The notes under the pieces were generated by a model. That model had not been told where the DNA came from. It saw nothing but the letters and a program-made list of their open reading frames with translations, and searched no databases. A program made the translations under genes and the position numbers. 48,714 nt of DNA from Myxococcota bacterium (GTDB lineage Bacteria; Myxococcota_A; Polyangia; Polyangiales; Houyiibacteriaceae), in NCBI GenBank assembly GCA_039814655.1, contig JBCCAW010000001.1, forward strand, positions 1 through 48,714, written 5' to 3'. Shown in pieces: positions 8,042-16,635 of the stretch. Position 1 is the first letter of the stretch, and each line of letters opens with the position of its first letter.

Positions 8042-9601
8042 TCAACGTCGCGGCGCGATGGTCAAGCTCGTCGGGGTGCGACCGCGGTTTCGGGCGACCT
8101 GCACGATGGCCTCGGCGTCGCGCCACCAGGCCTGTGCTTCGCCGCGCGTCCAGGGGCCTACGGGCAGCGCACGGAGGGCGCTCGCGAGGGCTCCGGCGTC
8201 CTTGAAACGTTCGTTCGGCTCCTTGGCCAGGCAGCGAAGCACGAGCGCCTCGAGCTCCGGGCACACGTCCGGGACCCGCGCGGAGAGCGGCGTGGGCGCG
8301 CTGTGCAGGTGGTGGCCGAAGACCTCGACCGTCGAGCCCTTGAACACCGGCTCGCCGGTCAAGAGAAAGTGCGCCACGGCGCCGAGCGCGTAGAGGTCCG
8401 CGCGCGCGTCCACCTCTTCTGGCCGGGCCAGCGCCTCCGGGGCCATGTAGAGCGGCGTGCCCTGCACCGTGTCGGCTTGGCTCAGGCCCGGGTCGCCGCC
8501 CTGCACGTCTTTGACCAGGCCGAAGTCGAGCACCTTGACCACGTCGGCGACGCCGCCGCGCTGGCAGATGACCAGGTTGTCCGGCTTCACGTCCCGGTGC
8601 ACCAGCCCGAGGCCGTGCGCTTCGGCGAGCGCGTCGGCGGCCTGGGTCAGGAGATGCACGGCGCGGCGCTCGGGCAGCGGGCCCAGCTCGTCGACCAGGT
8701 CCTGCAGGCTAAGGCCTTCGAGGTACTCCATCACGTAGAAGAAGACGCCCTCGCGCGTTCGGCCGAAGTCGAAGATGGCCACGGTGTTCGGGTGCGTGAG
8801 CCGCGTCGTCTCCTGCACCTCGCGCTCGAAGCGCGCGATGGCCTTTTCGCCGGCCTTGGCGCTCGGCAGGAGCTTGAGCGCGGCGGGGCGCCGGAGCATG
8901 CGATGCCGCGCCTTGTACACGACGCCCATGCCGCCTTCGCCGATCTTCTCTTCGAGCGTGTACTGGCCCAGCTCCTGCGCCGCGCGGACCCTGGCCTCGA
9001 GGCCGTAGACCACGTGGCTGATCACCGCGGCCACGAAGGCCGTGCCGAAGGTGGTCATGACCCCCATCGCCGCGGGAAAGTCCGAGCCTTCGTTGCGGAA
9101 CGCCTGCTCCGCGTAGGCCGGCGGCACCTCGACGGTGATGCCCTCCCAGCCGCGCACGGCGAAGTAGGTCGAGAGGCTTCCGGCGGCGACGGCGACGAGC
9201 GCGCTGAGCCCGGGCGGGCTCGGAATGAGGCCCGCGCGGAGGAGCACGACGAAGGTGATGAACACCGGGATGAAGAGCGAGAGCGCCCCGCCCACGCCTT
9301 CGATGGGCGGCACCACCGGCAGCACGGCGAGCACGCTCGTCGTCACGGCCACGCTGCCGAGCTCCACGGCACGGCTCACGGCGCGCGGGTGCGCTCCGCG
9401 GCGCATGAGGAGCCAGCCGCTTCCGTTGACGGCGAGGGCCACCAGCGACGCGATGCGCGTGCTCGAGAAGATGGGCTCCCCGGGCGCCGACACGGACCAA
9501 TCCGCGGCGAGCGCGAGGCCGAAGAAGGCCACCGCGAAGCGCGCAAAGGTGCGCACCCGGCTCTGCAGGTAGGCGCGCGGGTCCTCGAAGGGCTCGGCCA
9601 T
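8042..9601 (-). CDS. Hanks-type Ser/Thr protein kinase with N-terminal polytopic (about 6 TM) domain
   Basis: Starts at ATG 9601. About 210 aa of hydrophobic helices come first. The kinase domain follows with [29 protein letters not shown] and GTPLYMAPE. Confidence 0.9.
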   Translation of the reverse strand: MAEPFEDPRAYLQSRVRTFARFAVAFFGLALAADWSVSAPGEPIFSSTRIASLVALAVNGSGWLLMRRGAHPRAVSRAVELGSVAVTTSVLAVLPVVPPIEGVGGALSLFIPVFITFVVLLRAGLIPSPPGLSALVAVAAGSLSTYFAVRGWEGITVEVPPAYAEQAFRNEGSDFPAAMGVMTTFGTAFVAAVISHVVYGLEARVRAAQELGQYTLEEKIGEGGMGVVYKARHRMLRRPAALKLLPSAKAGEKAIARFEREVQETTRLTHPNTVAIFDFGRTREGVFFYVMEYLEGLSLQDLVDELGPLPERRAVHLLTQAADALAEAHGLGLVHRDVKPDNLVICQRGGVADVVKVLDFGLVKDVQGGDPGLSQADTVQGTPLYMAPEALARPEEVDARADLYALGAVAHFLLTGEPVFKGSTVEVFGHHLHSAPTPLSARVPDVCPELEALVLRCLAKEPNERFKDAGALASALRALPVGPWTRGEAQAWWRDAEAIVQVARNRGRTPTSLTIAPRR

Positions 9602-9633
9602 CTACGCCCTTGTACACGCCCCGGCGGCGGCGC

Positions 9634-10260
9634 TCAGCCTTCGCCGTAGAGGCCCTTGGCGTAGCTGGGCCCGTAATGCGCCTCGAGGTCTTCCAGGCTC
9701 GTCTCCGGCGCTTCGATGGCCTTCACGATCTCCGCGCGGCTGGGCATGGCCTCCGGCGTCCAGGCGCCGTGGTCCCAGAGGCGGCTCCGCAGGAAGGCCT
9801 TGGCGCAGTGATAGAAGAGCGTCTCGATCTCGACCTCGAGGGCCAGCCGCGGCCGGTGGCCGTTGACCACCAGCGCGTCGAAGTAGTCCGCCTCGCGCAC
9901 GACGCGCGCCTTGCCGTGAATGCGGAGCGTGTCGCTCCGGCCGGGGATGACGAAGAGGAGCCCCACGTGCGGGTTTTCGAGCACGTGGTGAAAGCCGTCG
10001 GCCCGCTTGTTCCCCGGGCGCTCGGGGAGGGCCAGGTGCGTGTCGTCGAGCACGTGCACGAAGCCCGCCGGGTCGCCCTTGGGGCTCACGGCGCAGCGCC
10101 CCGTCGCGTCGGCCGTGGCGACGAGGCAGAAGGACGCCTGCGCGAGCCAGCGCCGGTCCATGGCGTGCAGGGCCTGCCGGTCCTTGTTCGCGGCGCGAAC
10201 GCTCGGCTCCCCCAGGATGGACCGCAGCTCGGCGGCGCTTTCGACGACCTTCGAGGGCAT
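9634..10260 (-). CDS. FMN-dependent PPOX-type flavoprotein (MSMEG_1061-like)
   Basis: Starts at ATG 10260. Motifs [55 protein letters not shown] and [13 protein letters not shown]. The stop lies 32 nt upstream of the kinase start. Confidence 0.85.
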   Translation of the reverse strand: MPSKVVESAAELRSILGEPSVRAANKDRQALHAMDRRWLAQASFCLVATADATGRCAVSPKGDPAGFVHVLDDTHLALPERPGNKRADGFHHVLENPHVGLLFVIPGRSDTLRIHGKARVVREADYFDALVVNGHRPRLALEVEIETLFYHCAKAFLRSRLWDHGAWTPEAMPSRAEIVKAIEAPETSLEDLEAHYGPSYAKGLYGEG

Positions 10261-10328
10261 GGCGCAGCCATAGCAGCCGCCGGGCGTGCCATGCCCCTCG
10301 GCCGGCGCGATGCGGCGGCGCGAGGGAT

Positions 10329-11738
10329 GTGGGCTACCCTCCCCAAGTGAGGAGCCTCGAAGACGCCGACGCCGCCCGCTCGGGCGACCGCGCGGCCGCG
10401 CTGGAGGCCTATGCGTCGCTGCAGGACGCGATCTCGCCCCGTGACGCCGAGCGCGTCCTGTGGATCGCAGACCAGTCGGCGCCGGGCCCTCCAGCGGAGC
10501 TCGACCGGCTCTTCGCGCGGGTGCTGGCGGACGAGGGCGACTTGGTGCTCGTGCGCGCCGCCTACCACGCGCGGGCGCTCATCGCCTGGTTCGGCGGGCG
10601 CAGCGACGAGGCCGAGGCCGGCTGGACGGAGGCGATGCGCCTCGAAGCCGCGGGCCGAGACCGCTTCTGGATCCGTTCGTGCCTCAACCTGGGCATGGCG
10701 CTTCTGGCGCGCGGCTGCCTCTTCGAGCCCGTCGTGCTCACGGGCATGGGCGCCCGGGCGGCGGCGGCGGCGGGGCAGCCCTACCTCGAGGCCTATGCGG
10801 CCTTCGTCCGCGCCACGCTGCTCTTGGGCATCGACGACGTGTCGCGCGCCGAAGCGTCGGCGGCCGTGGCGCGGTTGGCCGCCGCCGCCGTGGAGGACCC
10901 CGGTGAGCTCCGCGTGCTCCAGTACCTCCGCTTCGACCAGAGCGTCGAGCTGCTCCGCGCGCGCGGCGAGCTGCACGCGGCCATGGCCGAGCTCGACCGG
11001 CAGCGGGCTTGGCTCGAGGCCTACGGACAGGCGGAAGCCGTCGTGCTCGCCGAGGTCGAGGGCCGGCGCCTCGCCGTTCAATACGAGCTCGAGCCGCACG
11101 CTCGCGCGGCGATCGTCGAGGCGCTCCAGCGGCTGCCGGAGACGCACGGTCTCGGCCCCGTGTGGGCGGGTGATGGGCGCCGCGAAGCCGGGGCCCTCGC
11201 GGTCCGCTACGCCGTCGAATGTGGTAGCGCTGCCGTGGCGGAGCGGGAGGCCCGGGTGCTGATGGACGACCTCCGCGCGGAGACCCGCGCGTCCCGGCGC
11301 GTGAAGCGCGCCATGGGCCTCGGCCAGCTCCTGGCCAAGCTGGGGCCCGGCTTCGAGACGCTGACGCGCGACGCGCTCGCTCTCGCGTCCGAGGCCTGCC
11401 TCGCGCGCATTCAGGCGGCCGAGCGCGCCAGCCGGGACATCCCGGCGCTGGCCGAGGCCACGCCGCACGATTGGCAGATCCTTGCGGACTTCCGCCGGCG
11501 TCTTCGCGACGAGCAAGCCGCCGTGCTCGCGACCGTCGCCGAGGTGCTCCAGCCCGGCGCGCCGGCCTTCGACTTGCTCGTCCGGGACGACATGATCTGC
11601 ATCTGCGCGTGGTGCTCACGGGTCCGCACGCGGGCGGACGCCTGGCTACCCATCGCGCATTACGTCCCGAGCGCCGGCGCCTTTGCCGTGACGCACGGCA
11701 TGTGTGAGACGTGCGAGGCGATCTACTTTGCCAAGTGA
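10329..11738 (+). CDS. Helical-repeat (TPR-like) protein with C-terminal four-Cys CxWC...HGxCxxC module
   Basis: Starts at GTG 10329, which is uncertain (alternative GTG at 10347). The body is Ala/Leu-rich and helical. The C-terminus reads ICICAWCSRVRTRADAWLPIAHYVPSAGAFAVTHGMCETCEAIYFAK. Confidence 0.75.
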   Translation: MGYPPQVRSLEDADAARSGDRAAALEAYASLQDAISPRDAERVLWIADQSAPGPPAELDRLFARVLADEGDLVLVRAAYHARALIAWFGGRSDEAEAGWTEAMRLEAAGRDRFWIRSCLNLGMALLARGCLFEPVVLTGMGARAAAAAGQPYLEAYAAFVRATLLLGIDDVSRAEASAAVARLAAAAVEDPGELRVLQYLRFDQSVELLRARGELHAAMAELDRQRAWLEAYGQAEAVVLAEVEGRRLAVQYELEPHARAAIVEALQRLPETHGLGPVWAGDGRREAGALAVRYAVECGSAAVAEREARVLMDDLRAETRASRRVKRAMGLGQLLAKLGPGFETLTRDALALASEACLARIQAAERASRDIPALAEATPHDWQILADFRRRLRDEQAAVLATVAEVLQPGAPAFDLLVRDDMICICAWCSRVRTRADAWLPIAHYVPSAGAFAVTHGMCETCEAIYFAK

Positions 11739-11756
11739 GACTCGCCCCGCTTCGGC

Positions 11757-12299
11757 TCAGCTGGCCTTGCGGTACTGCTCGGCCTTGAACTCGATGTTCA
11801 CGGCGTTGCCTTCGAGGCTGACCTCGACCTCTTCGCCGTAGTACTTGCCGATCCCCTTGGCGAGACCGGGCATGAGCGCCACGAGGCCGCGGGACGAATC
11901 GTAGTTCATCACGAGCTTTGTCGGATCCGATTCATCGTAGGTGAAGCGCGGCGGCCGCGCGTTCTCCATGGTGGAGGTGATCGTGACGTGGATGGCGTCC
12001 AGGCTCAGGAGGAACTCCCGGGCGTTGCTCGCCTTCTGAAAGTAGGAGTCGTAGATCGACGGCGCGTAGCTCGTGGACCAGTGCATGCCGAAGGCCTCCA
12101 TGGCGGCGTCGGCGCTGATGCCGAGCACCTCGGCGGTGATGCCGATCATTTTCACGGCATCGGCGTCCGGGACGTCCTCGCTCGACGTGAACTCACGGTC
12201 CGCTTCGTGGCCGGCTTTCACGAGGATCTCTTCCCACTGCTCGTCGCTAAAGTTGTCGCGAACTACCTCTTCGAGGCAACGAACGATCGTACCCTTCAT
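11757..12299 (-). CDS. Stand-alone H-NOX (haem NO/O2-binding) domain protein, 180 aa
   Basis: Track ORF 11757..12920 trimmed to ATG 12299 (GGGGAG SD 6 nt upstream). Sequence [12 protein letters not shown]..., with FLLSLDAIH (proximal His104), ARPPRF and the YDSSR triad (Y133/S135/R137, YxSxR). Confidence 0.85.
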   Translation of the reverse strand: MKGTIVRCLEEVVRDNFSDEQWEEILVKAGHEADREFTSSEDVPDADAVKMIGITAEVLGISADAAMEAFGMHWSTSYAPSIYDSYFQKASNAREFLLSLDAIHVTITSTMENARPPRFTYDESDPTKLVMNYDSSRGLVALMPGLAKGIGKYYGEEVEVSLEGNAVNIEFKAEQYRKAS

Positions 12300-12361
12300 T
12301 GCGTACTCCCCTCGCCTCGGCGGGTGAATGAAGTGCCGAGACCCCGGGGGGAACGACACCT

Positions 12362-12389
12362 TTTGCCGAATCGTGAATCCCGCGGCAAA
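12362..12389. promoter_or_regulatory. Inverted repeat TTTGCCG-N14-CGGCAAA in the H-NOX/MCP divergent control region
   Basis: Arms at 12362-12368 and 12383-12389, read directly from the sequence. They lie within the 159-bp intergenic region 12300-12458. Confidence 0.25.
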
Positions 12390-12458
12390 GACACTTCGGT
12401 CTGCGCACACCTTCATCCGCGGCGGGCGGAGTCGTTCCCTGGGCGCAGGGAGCATGCC

Positions 12459-13919
12459 GTGACCGCAGAAGCCATCGCGCCGAACAGCCAGCCCGACCGC
12501 CGCGAGGATGCGCGGCTGGCGGAGCTCGAGGCCAAGCTTGCCGAACTCGAGGAGCGGGCGACGAACGCCGAGTCGGAGCTGGGACTGCTTCGCGCGCAGA
12601 TCCAGGGCGCGCACGTGCCCATGGCACGGCTCGGGGACGACCGCTGCTTCGTCGAGGCCAACGCGAGCTTCACGGACCTCGTCGCGCGCCTCGCGCTTCT
12701 CGATGCCGGCGTGGCACTCGAGGGCCAGAGCGCCGCGCTCCTGAACGGCTGCAGCCAAGATTGGCCGGCGACGCTCCAGGACCATGACGCGCTTCCGACC
12801 AAGGCGACGCTCGTCTTCGGTACGTCGACGCTCGAGGTGGTGTGGGACGCCATTCGCGGTAGCGAGGGCCACGTGGTCGGCTACCAGTGCGTGTGCGAGG
12901 ACGTGACCGAGCGCGTGCACCTCGAAGCCGAGCGCATGGCGCAGCGTGAGAATGAGCGGGACAAGCAGAAGAAGGACCAGCGGCGTGCGCGTTCCATTCG
13001 TCGCGCCGTGGAAGCGGCGCGGAAGGGTGACCTCTCGGTGAAAGTGCCCGTGAAGGGCGACGACGTGCTCGCGGAGCTCGCTCAGGACATCGGCGGGCTC
13101 ATCGCCGAGTTCCGTACCTCGCTCGTGAAGATCGGCGAAGGCTCGAAGAGCCTGGCGACCTCGAGCGCGGAGCTGACGACCGTGAGCACGACGCTGGCGA
13201 CCAATGCCGCGGAGACGACGCAGCAGGCCGTGGTGGTCTCCGAGTCCGCGGACCAGGTCTCGAGCTCCGTGGAGACCGTGGCCGCGGGCATCGAAGAGAT
13301 GAGCGCGTCGGTCAAGGAGATCGCCAAGAGCGCCCAGAACGCGGCCCAGGTGGCGACGGAAGGCGTGGAGGTGGCGCGGTCGACGAACGCGACCGTGGCC
13401 AAGCTCGGCGAGAGCAGCGCGGAGATCGGCAAGGTGGTCAAGGTGATCACCTCCATCGCCCAGCAGACCAACCTCCTCGCCCTCAACGCGACCATCGAGG
13501 CCGCGCGCGCCGGCGCGGCCGGCAAGGGCTTCGCCGTCGTCGCCAACGAGGTGAAGGAGCTCGCCAAGGAGACGGCCAAGGCCACCGAAGATATTTCGCA
13601 GAAGATCGAGGCGATTCAGGGCAATACGAAGAGCGCCGTGGACGCCATCGACCGCATCGGCGGGATCATCGGCCAGGTGAACGAGATTCAGGGCACCATC
13701 GCGCTCTCCGTGGACGAGCAGCGCTCGACGACGAACGAGATCAGCCGCTCCCTCAACGAGGCCGTGCGCAGCACGCGGGACATCGCCGACACCATCAACG
13801 GCGTGGCCACGGCGGCGCGCAGCACCACCGGCGGCGCGGAAAAGACGCAGGCCACGGCGGAGACCTGCTCCAACCTCGCCGGGGACCTCGACGCGCTCGT
13901 GGCCCGCTTTACGGTCTGA
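12459..13919 (+). CDS. Soluble methyl-accepting chemotaxis protein (coiled coil, PAS-like, HAMP-like, MA domain)
   Basis: Track ORF 11988..13919 trimmed to GTG 12459 (AGGGAG SD 6 nt upstream). Contains the hairpin-tip signature [35 protein letters not shown]. No hydrophobic TM segment was seen. Confidence 0.9.
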   Translation: MTAEAIAPNSQPDRREDARLAELEAKLAELEERATNAESELGLLRAQIQGAHVPMARLGDDRCFVEANASFTDLVARLALLDAGVALEGQSAALLNGCSQDWPATLQDHDALPTKATLVFGTSTLEVVWDAIRGSEGHVVGYQCVCEDVTERVHLEAERMAQRENERDKQKKDQRRARSIRRAVEAARKGDLSVKVPVKGDDVLAELAQDIGGLIAEFRTSLVKIGEGSKSLATSSAELTTVSTTLATNAAETTQQAVVVSESADQVSSSVETVAAGIEEMSASVKEIAKSAQNAAQVATEGVEVARSTNATVAKLGESSAEIGKVVKVITSIAQQTNLLALNATIEAARAGAAGKGFAVVANEVKELAKETAKATEDISQKIEAIQGNTKSAVDAIDRIGGIIGQVNEIQGTIALSVDEQRSTTNEISRSLNEAVRSTRDIADTINGVATAARSTTGGAEKTQATAETCSNLAGDLDALVARFTV

Positions 13920-13929
13920 GGGCCCTCAG
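13916..13929. other. Perfect 14-bp palindrome CTGAGGGCCCTCAG containing the stop codons of both convergent genes
   Basis: The MCP stop TGA is at 13917-13919 and the lipoprotein stop TCA (reverse complement TGA) at 13926-13928. Checked base by base. Confidence 0.9.
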
Positions 13930-16499
13930 CGGCTGATGAGCACGCGCTCGAGGGTCACCCGGTCGATGGCCTGAACGCCCGTCGGGTTCCGGTTCGCCAC
14001 GAGGGCCACGTTCCCGCCGGGCATGAGCGCCACGTCGAAGGGCGTGGTCACGGCGGGGCCGCGTCCGTTCGTTTCGCTTGCCACCACGCGCCGCACGCGC
14101 GTGGCGCGGTCGATGGCCACCAGGCCCCGGCTGGCCGCGAGCCAAATCTCCGTCTCGTCGGCGTCGAGGCCCTGGAAGCTCCCGAGGCTCGTGCCGCCGC
14201 CGTCGCTCACGTCCTCCCGGTCGCCGTCCTCGGGCGCGACGGTGAGCGCGGACTGCGCGTCGCCCAACACGACCTCCCGGCCGGTCCAGGCGAGGCCGCC
14301 GGGGAGGAAGCCGAAGGGCAGCGGTCCCGCGCCGCGGCTTACCGTGCTCACGTCCTCGAGGCGCCCGGCCTCAAGGTCCCACACCTGCACGAAGGCGGGC
14401 CTGTTGGCGATGAAGAGGCGCCGGCCCGTGGTGTCGACGTCGATGCCCACGTGCGTGAACACGGTCACGACCGGCGGGGGAATGTCGATGCGGCCGATGT
14501 CCGCCCCCGGCGCGTCGGGGTCGACGACGGCGACCTGGCCCCCGAGGTCCCGCACGTAGAGGCCGCCGCTCTCGGCGTCGTAGGCCAGGCCCACGGGCTC
14601 GCCGAGCTCCGGCGCGCGGCTCACCTCGCGACGGTTGCCCGTGGCGAGGTCGATCTCGAACACCGCGTCCAGGGCGTCGTCGGCCAAAAAGAGCCGGCCG
14701 CCGCCCAGCGCGAGGGCCGTGGGCTGTTCGAAGGAAGGCCCCTCGCCGAAGCCCGCGAGGAACACGGGGATGGCCGGTCCGCCGGTCCGGGGCTGGCGCC
14801 AGATGGTCTCCGTCGCGCTCGTGCCGATGAACACCACCTCGTCCGACGCGAAGTCGAAGGCGAAGGCGCGCAGGAAGGCGAACTCGAGGCCGATGGGGAA
14901 GGGCGTCCGGTCTCCGGTGGCGAGGTCGACCGCGACCGTGACGCCCCCGGATTGCGCGACGAGGACCTCGCCGGCCGCGTCGTCGACCTCGAGGTCGAAG
15001 GCGAAGCTGAGGCTGGGGCCGGAGCCGACACCGGGACCGCTGAAGACGCCCGCGGCACCGGTGGCCGGGTCCAAGGTGAGCAGCGACGACGACGCGAAGT
15101 CGTAGTACACGAGCCGGCCCAGGGTCGTTGACCACGCGAAGCTCGACACGTTCTCGAGGCCCGGCACGACCTCCCGGTCGCCGGTCGAGAGGTCCACGGC
15201 GAGCACGCGCGAGGCGAAGCCGTCGAAGCTGCCGAGGTAGGCCGTACCCGCGCCGTCGAGCGCGATGCGCCGGATGCCCGAGATGGTCGGGCCCGAGCCC
15301 CGGACCGGACCGCTCAGCTCTTCGCGGAGCCCGGTCTCCGGGTTGACGCGAAGGAGCTGGCCGCCGCGCAGCGAGCCCACGAGCAGCGTGCCCGTGGCGG
15401 GCTCCCAGGCGAGGGCGAAGGGCTCGAGGAGCCGCGGACCGGACCCGCCGGCGAGCTCCCGCGTGCGCCCCGTGGCGAGCTCGATGGTCTGCACGATGCC
15501 GCCCACGCTGTCGGCCAGGAAGGCCCGGCCCCCCTCGGAATCCACGACGATGTCCGAGGCGCTCAGGCTGGGAATGGCGCTCCGGCGCACCTCGACGAAG
15601 GGCCCGGTGATGAGCTCGCCGTCGAAGGTCTCTGCCACGACCTCGAGGCGGGAGGTGTCGCCATCGGAGCTCAGGTCCACGAGCGCCGACCAGCTCGCGA
15701 AGCCGTCCTCCGTGGTGGCGTCCGTGCCGGCCACGCGGACGGCGACGACGTCCTCGGGCCGCTCGATGGTGCCGCGAACGGTGAGCGTGGTCTGGTTGGT
15801 CTGCGAGCTCGGCGGCGGAAAGACGATGCTCAGGTTCACGTCGCTCGGGTTCCGGTAGCGAAGCGGCGCGCTGCACGGGCCAACGTTGCCCGCCGCATCG
15901 GTCGCCCGGGCGGTGATCGTGGACGTCACGTCCGGCGGCAGCTCCACCTCGATGCGGAAGCTCCCGTCCGGCCCGGCCGTGCCCTCGGCCAGCGGCTCGT
16001 CGCAGCTCTCGCCGAGGAAGAGGGCCACGCGCGCCCCGGGCTCCGTCGTGCCCAGCACCTCCGGGCGTAGCTCCTCGGAGGGCGACGCCGGGTCCGTGGA
16101 CCCGAGGCGCGGGGCGTCGGGCGGGGTGCTGTCCTCCACGTAGGTCGCCGAGCTCTCACTGCAGGCGCTCGCCTCGCTGCCCGGGAGCACGGCGCGTGCC
16201 CAGAAGGTCGTGGTGGAGTCGTCGGCGACGCCCACGGGGATGGCGAGCGCGTCGCCGTCGGCCGTCGCCGTTCCCGCCGCGATGTCGCTGCAGTCGGCGA
16301 GGCGATGCAGCGTGACCATGGCGCTCGGCTCGGCGCGCACGAGCACCGAGGGCAGGTTCTCGTTGGCGGGGCTGCCGGGCTGCGTCCCGGTGACCGTGGG
16401 CATCGCGGTGTCGCCGAGGGCGCCGTCGTCGCCGGCGATCACGACCCGTTGGCACCCGACGGTCAGCACCGCCATCACGACCCAAGCCAATCGAAGCAT
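13926..16499 (-). CDS. Large lipoprotein with Ig-like domains followed by beta-propeller (NHL/YncE-like) repeats
   Basis: Track ORF trimmed to ATG 16499, giving MLRLAWVVMAVLTVGCQ (lipobox). ITARATDAAGNVGPCSAPLRY is typical of bacterial Ig-like repeats. A long series of repeats of the form LATGxR....G.GP follows. Confidence 0.85.
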   Translation of the reverse strand: MLRLAWVVMAVLTVGCQRVVIAGDDGALGDTAMPTVTGTQPGSPANENLPSVLVRAEPSAMVTLHRLADCSDIAAGTATADGDALAIPVGVADDSTTTFWARAVLPGSEASACSESSATYVEDSTPPDAPRLGSTDPASPSEELRPEVLGTTEPGARVALFLGESCDEPLAEGTAGPDGSFRIEVELPPDVTSTITARATDAAGNVGPCSAPLRYRNPSDVNLSIVFPPPSSQTNQTTLTVRGTIERPEDVVAVRVAGTDATTEDGFASWSALVDLSSDGDTSRLEVVAETFDGELITGPFVEVRRSAIPSLSASDIVVDSEGGRAFLADSVGGIVQTIELATGRTRELAGGSGPRLLEPFALAWEPATGTLLVGSLRGGQLLRVNPETGLREELSGPVRGSGPTISGIRRIALDGAGTAYLGSFDGFASRVLAVDLSTGDREVVPGLENVSSFAWSTTLGRLVYYDFASSSLLTLDPATGAAGVFSGPGVGSGPSLSFAFDLEVDDAAGEVLVAQSGGVTVAVDLATGDRTPFPIGLEFAFLRAFAFDFASDEVVFIGTSATETIWRQPRTGGPAIPVFLAGFGEGPSFEQPTALALGGGRLFLADDALDAVFEIDLATGNRREVSRAPELGEPVGLAYDAESGGLYVRDLGGQVAVVDPDAPGADIGRIDIPPPVVTVFTHVGIDVDTTGRRLFIANRPAFVQVWDLEAGRLEDVSTVSRGAGPLPFGFLPGGLAWTGREVVLGDAQSALTVAPEDGDREDVSDGGGTSLGSFQGLDADETEIWLAASRGLVAIDRATRVRRVVASETNGRGPAVTTPFDVALMPGGNVALVANRNPTGVQAIDRVTLERVLISR

Positions 16500-16635
16500 A
16501 CTCCGGGAGTACCACGGACGCGGTAGAGCGCGGCGCGGTGGAGCGCGGCGCTTCGGCGTCTCGCGCGTCGAAGGGAGCAACGACGCGAGGGGCGCCCGCG
16601 GCACGGACGCCCCTCGAAGCGAAGCGAGCCGGGGG

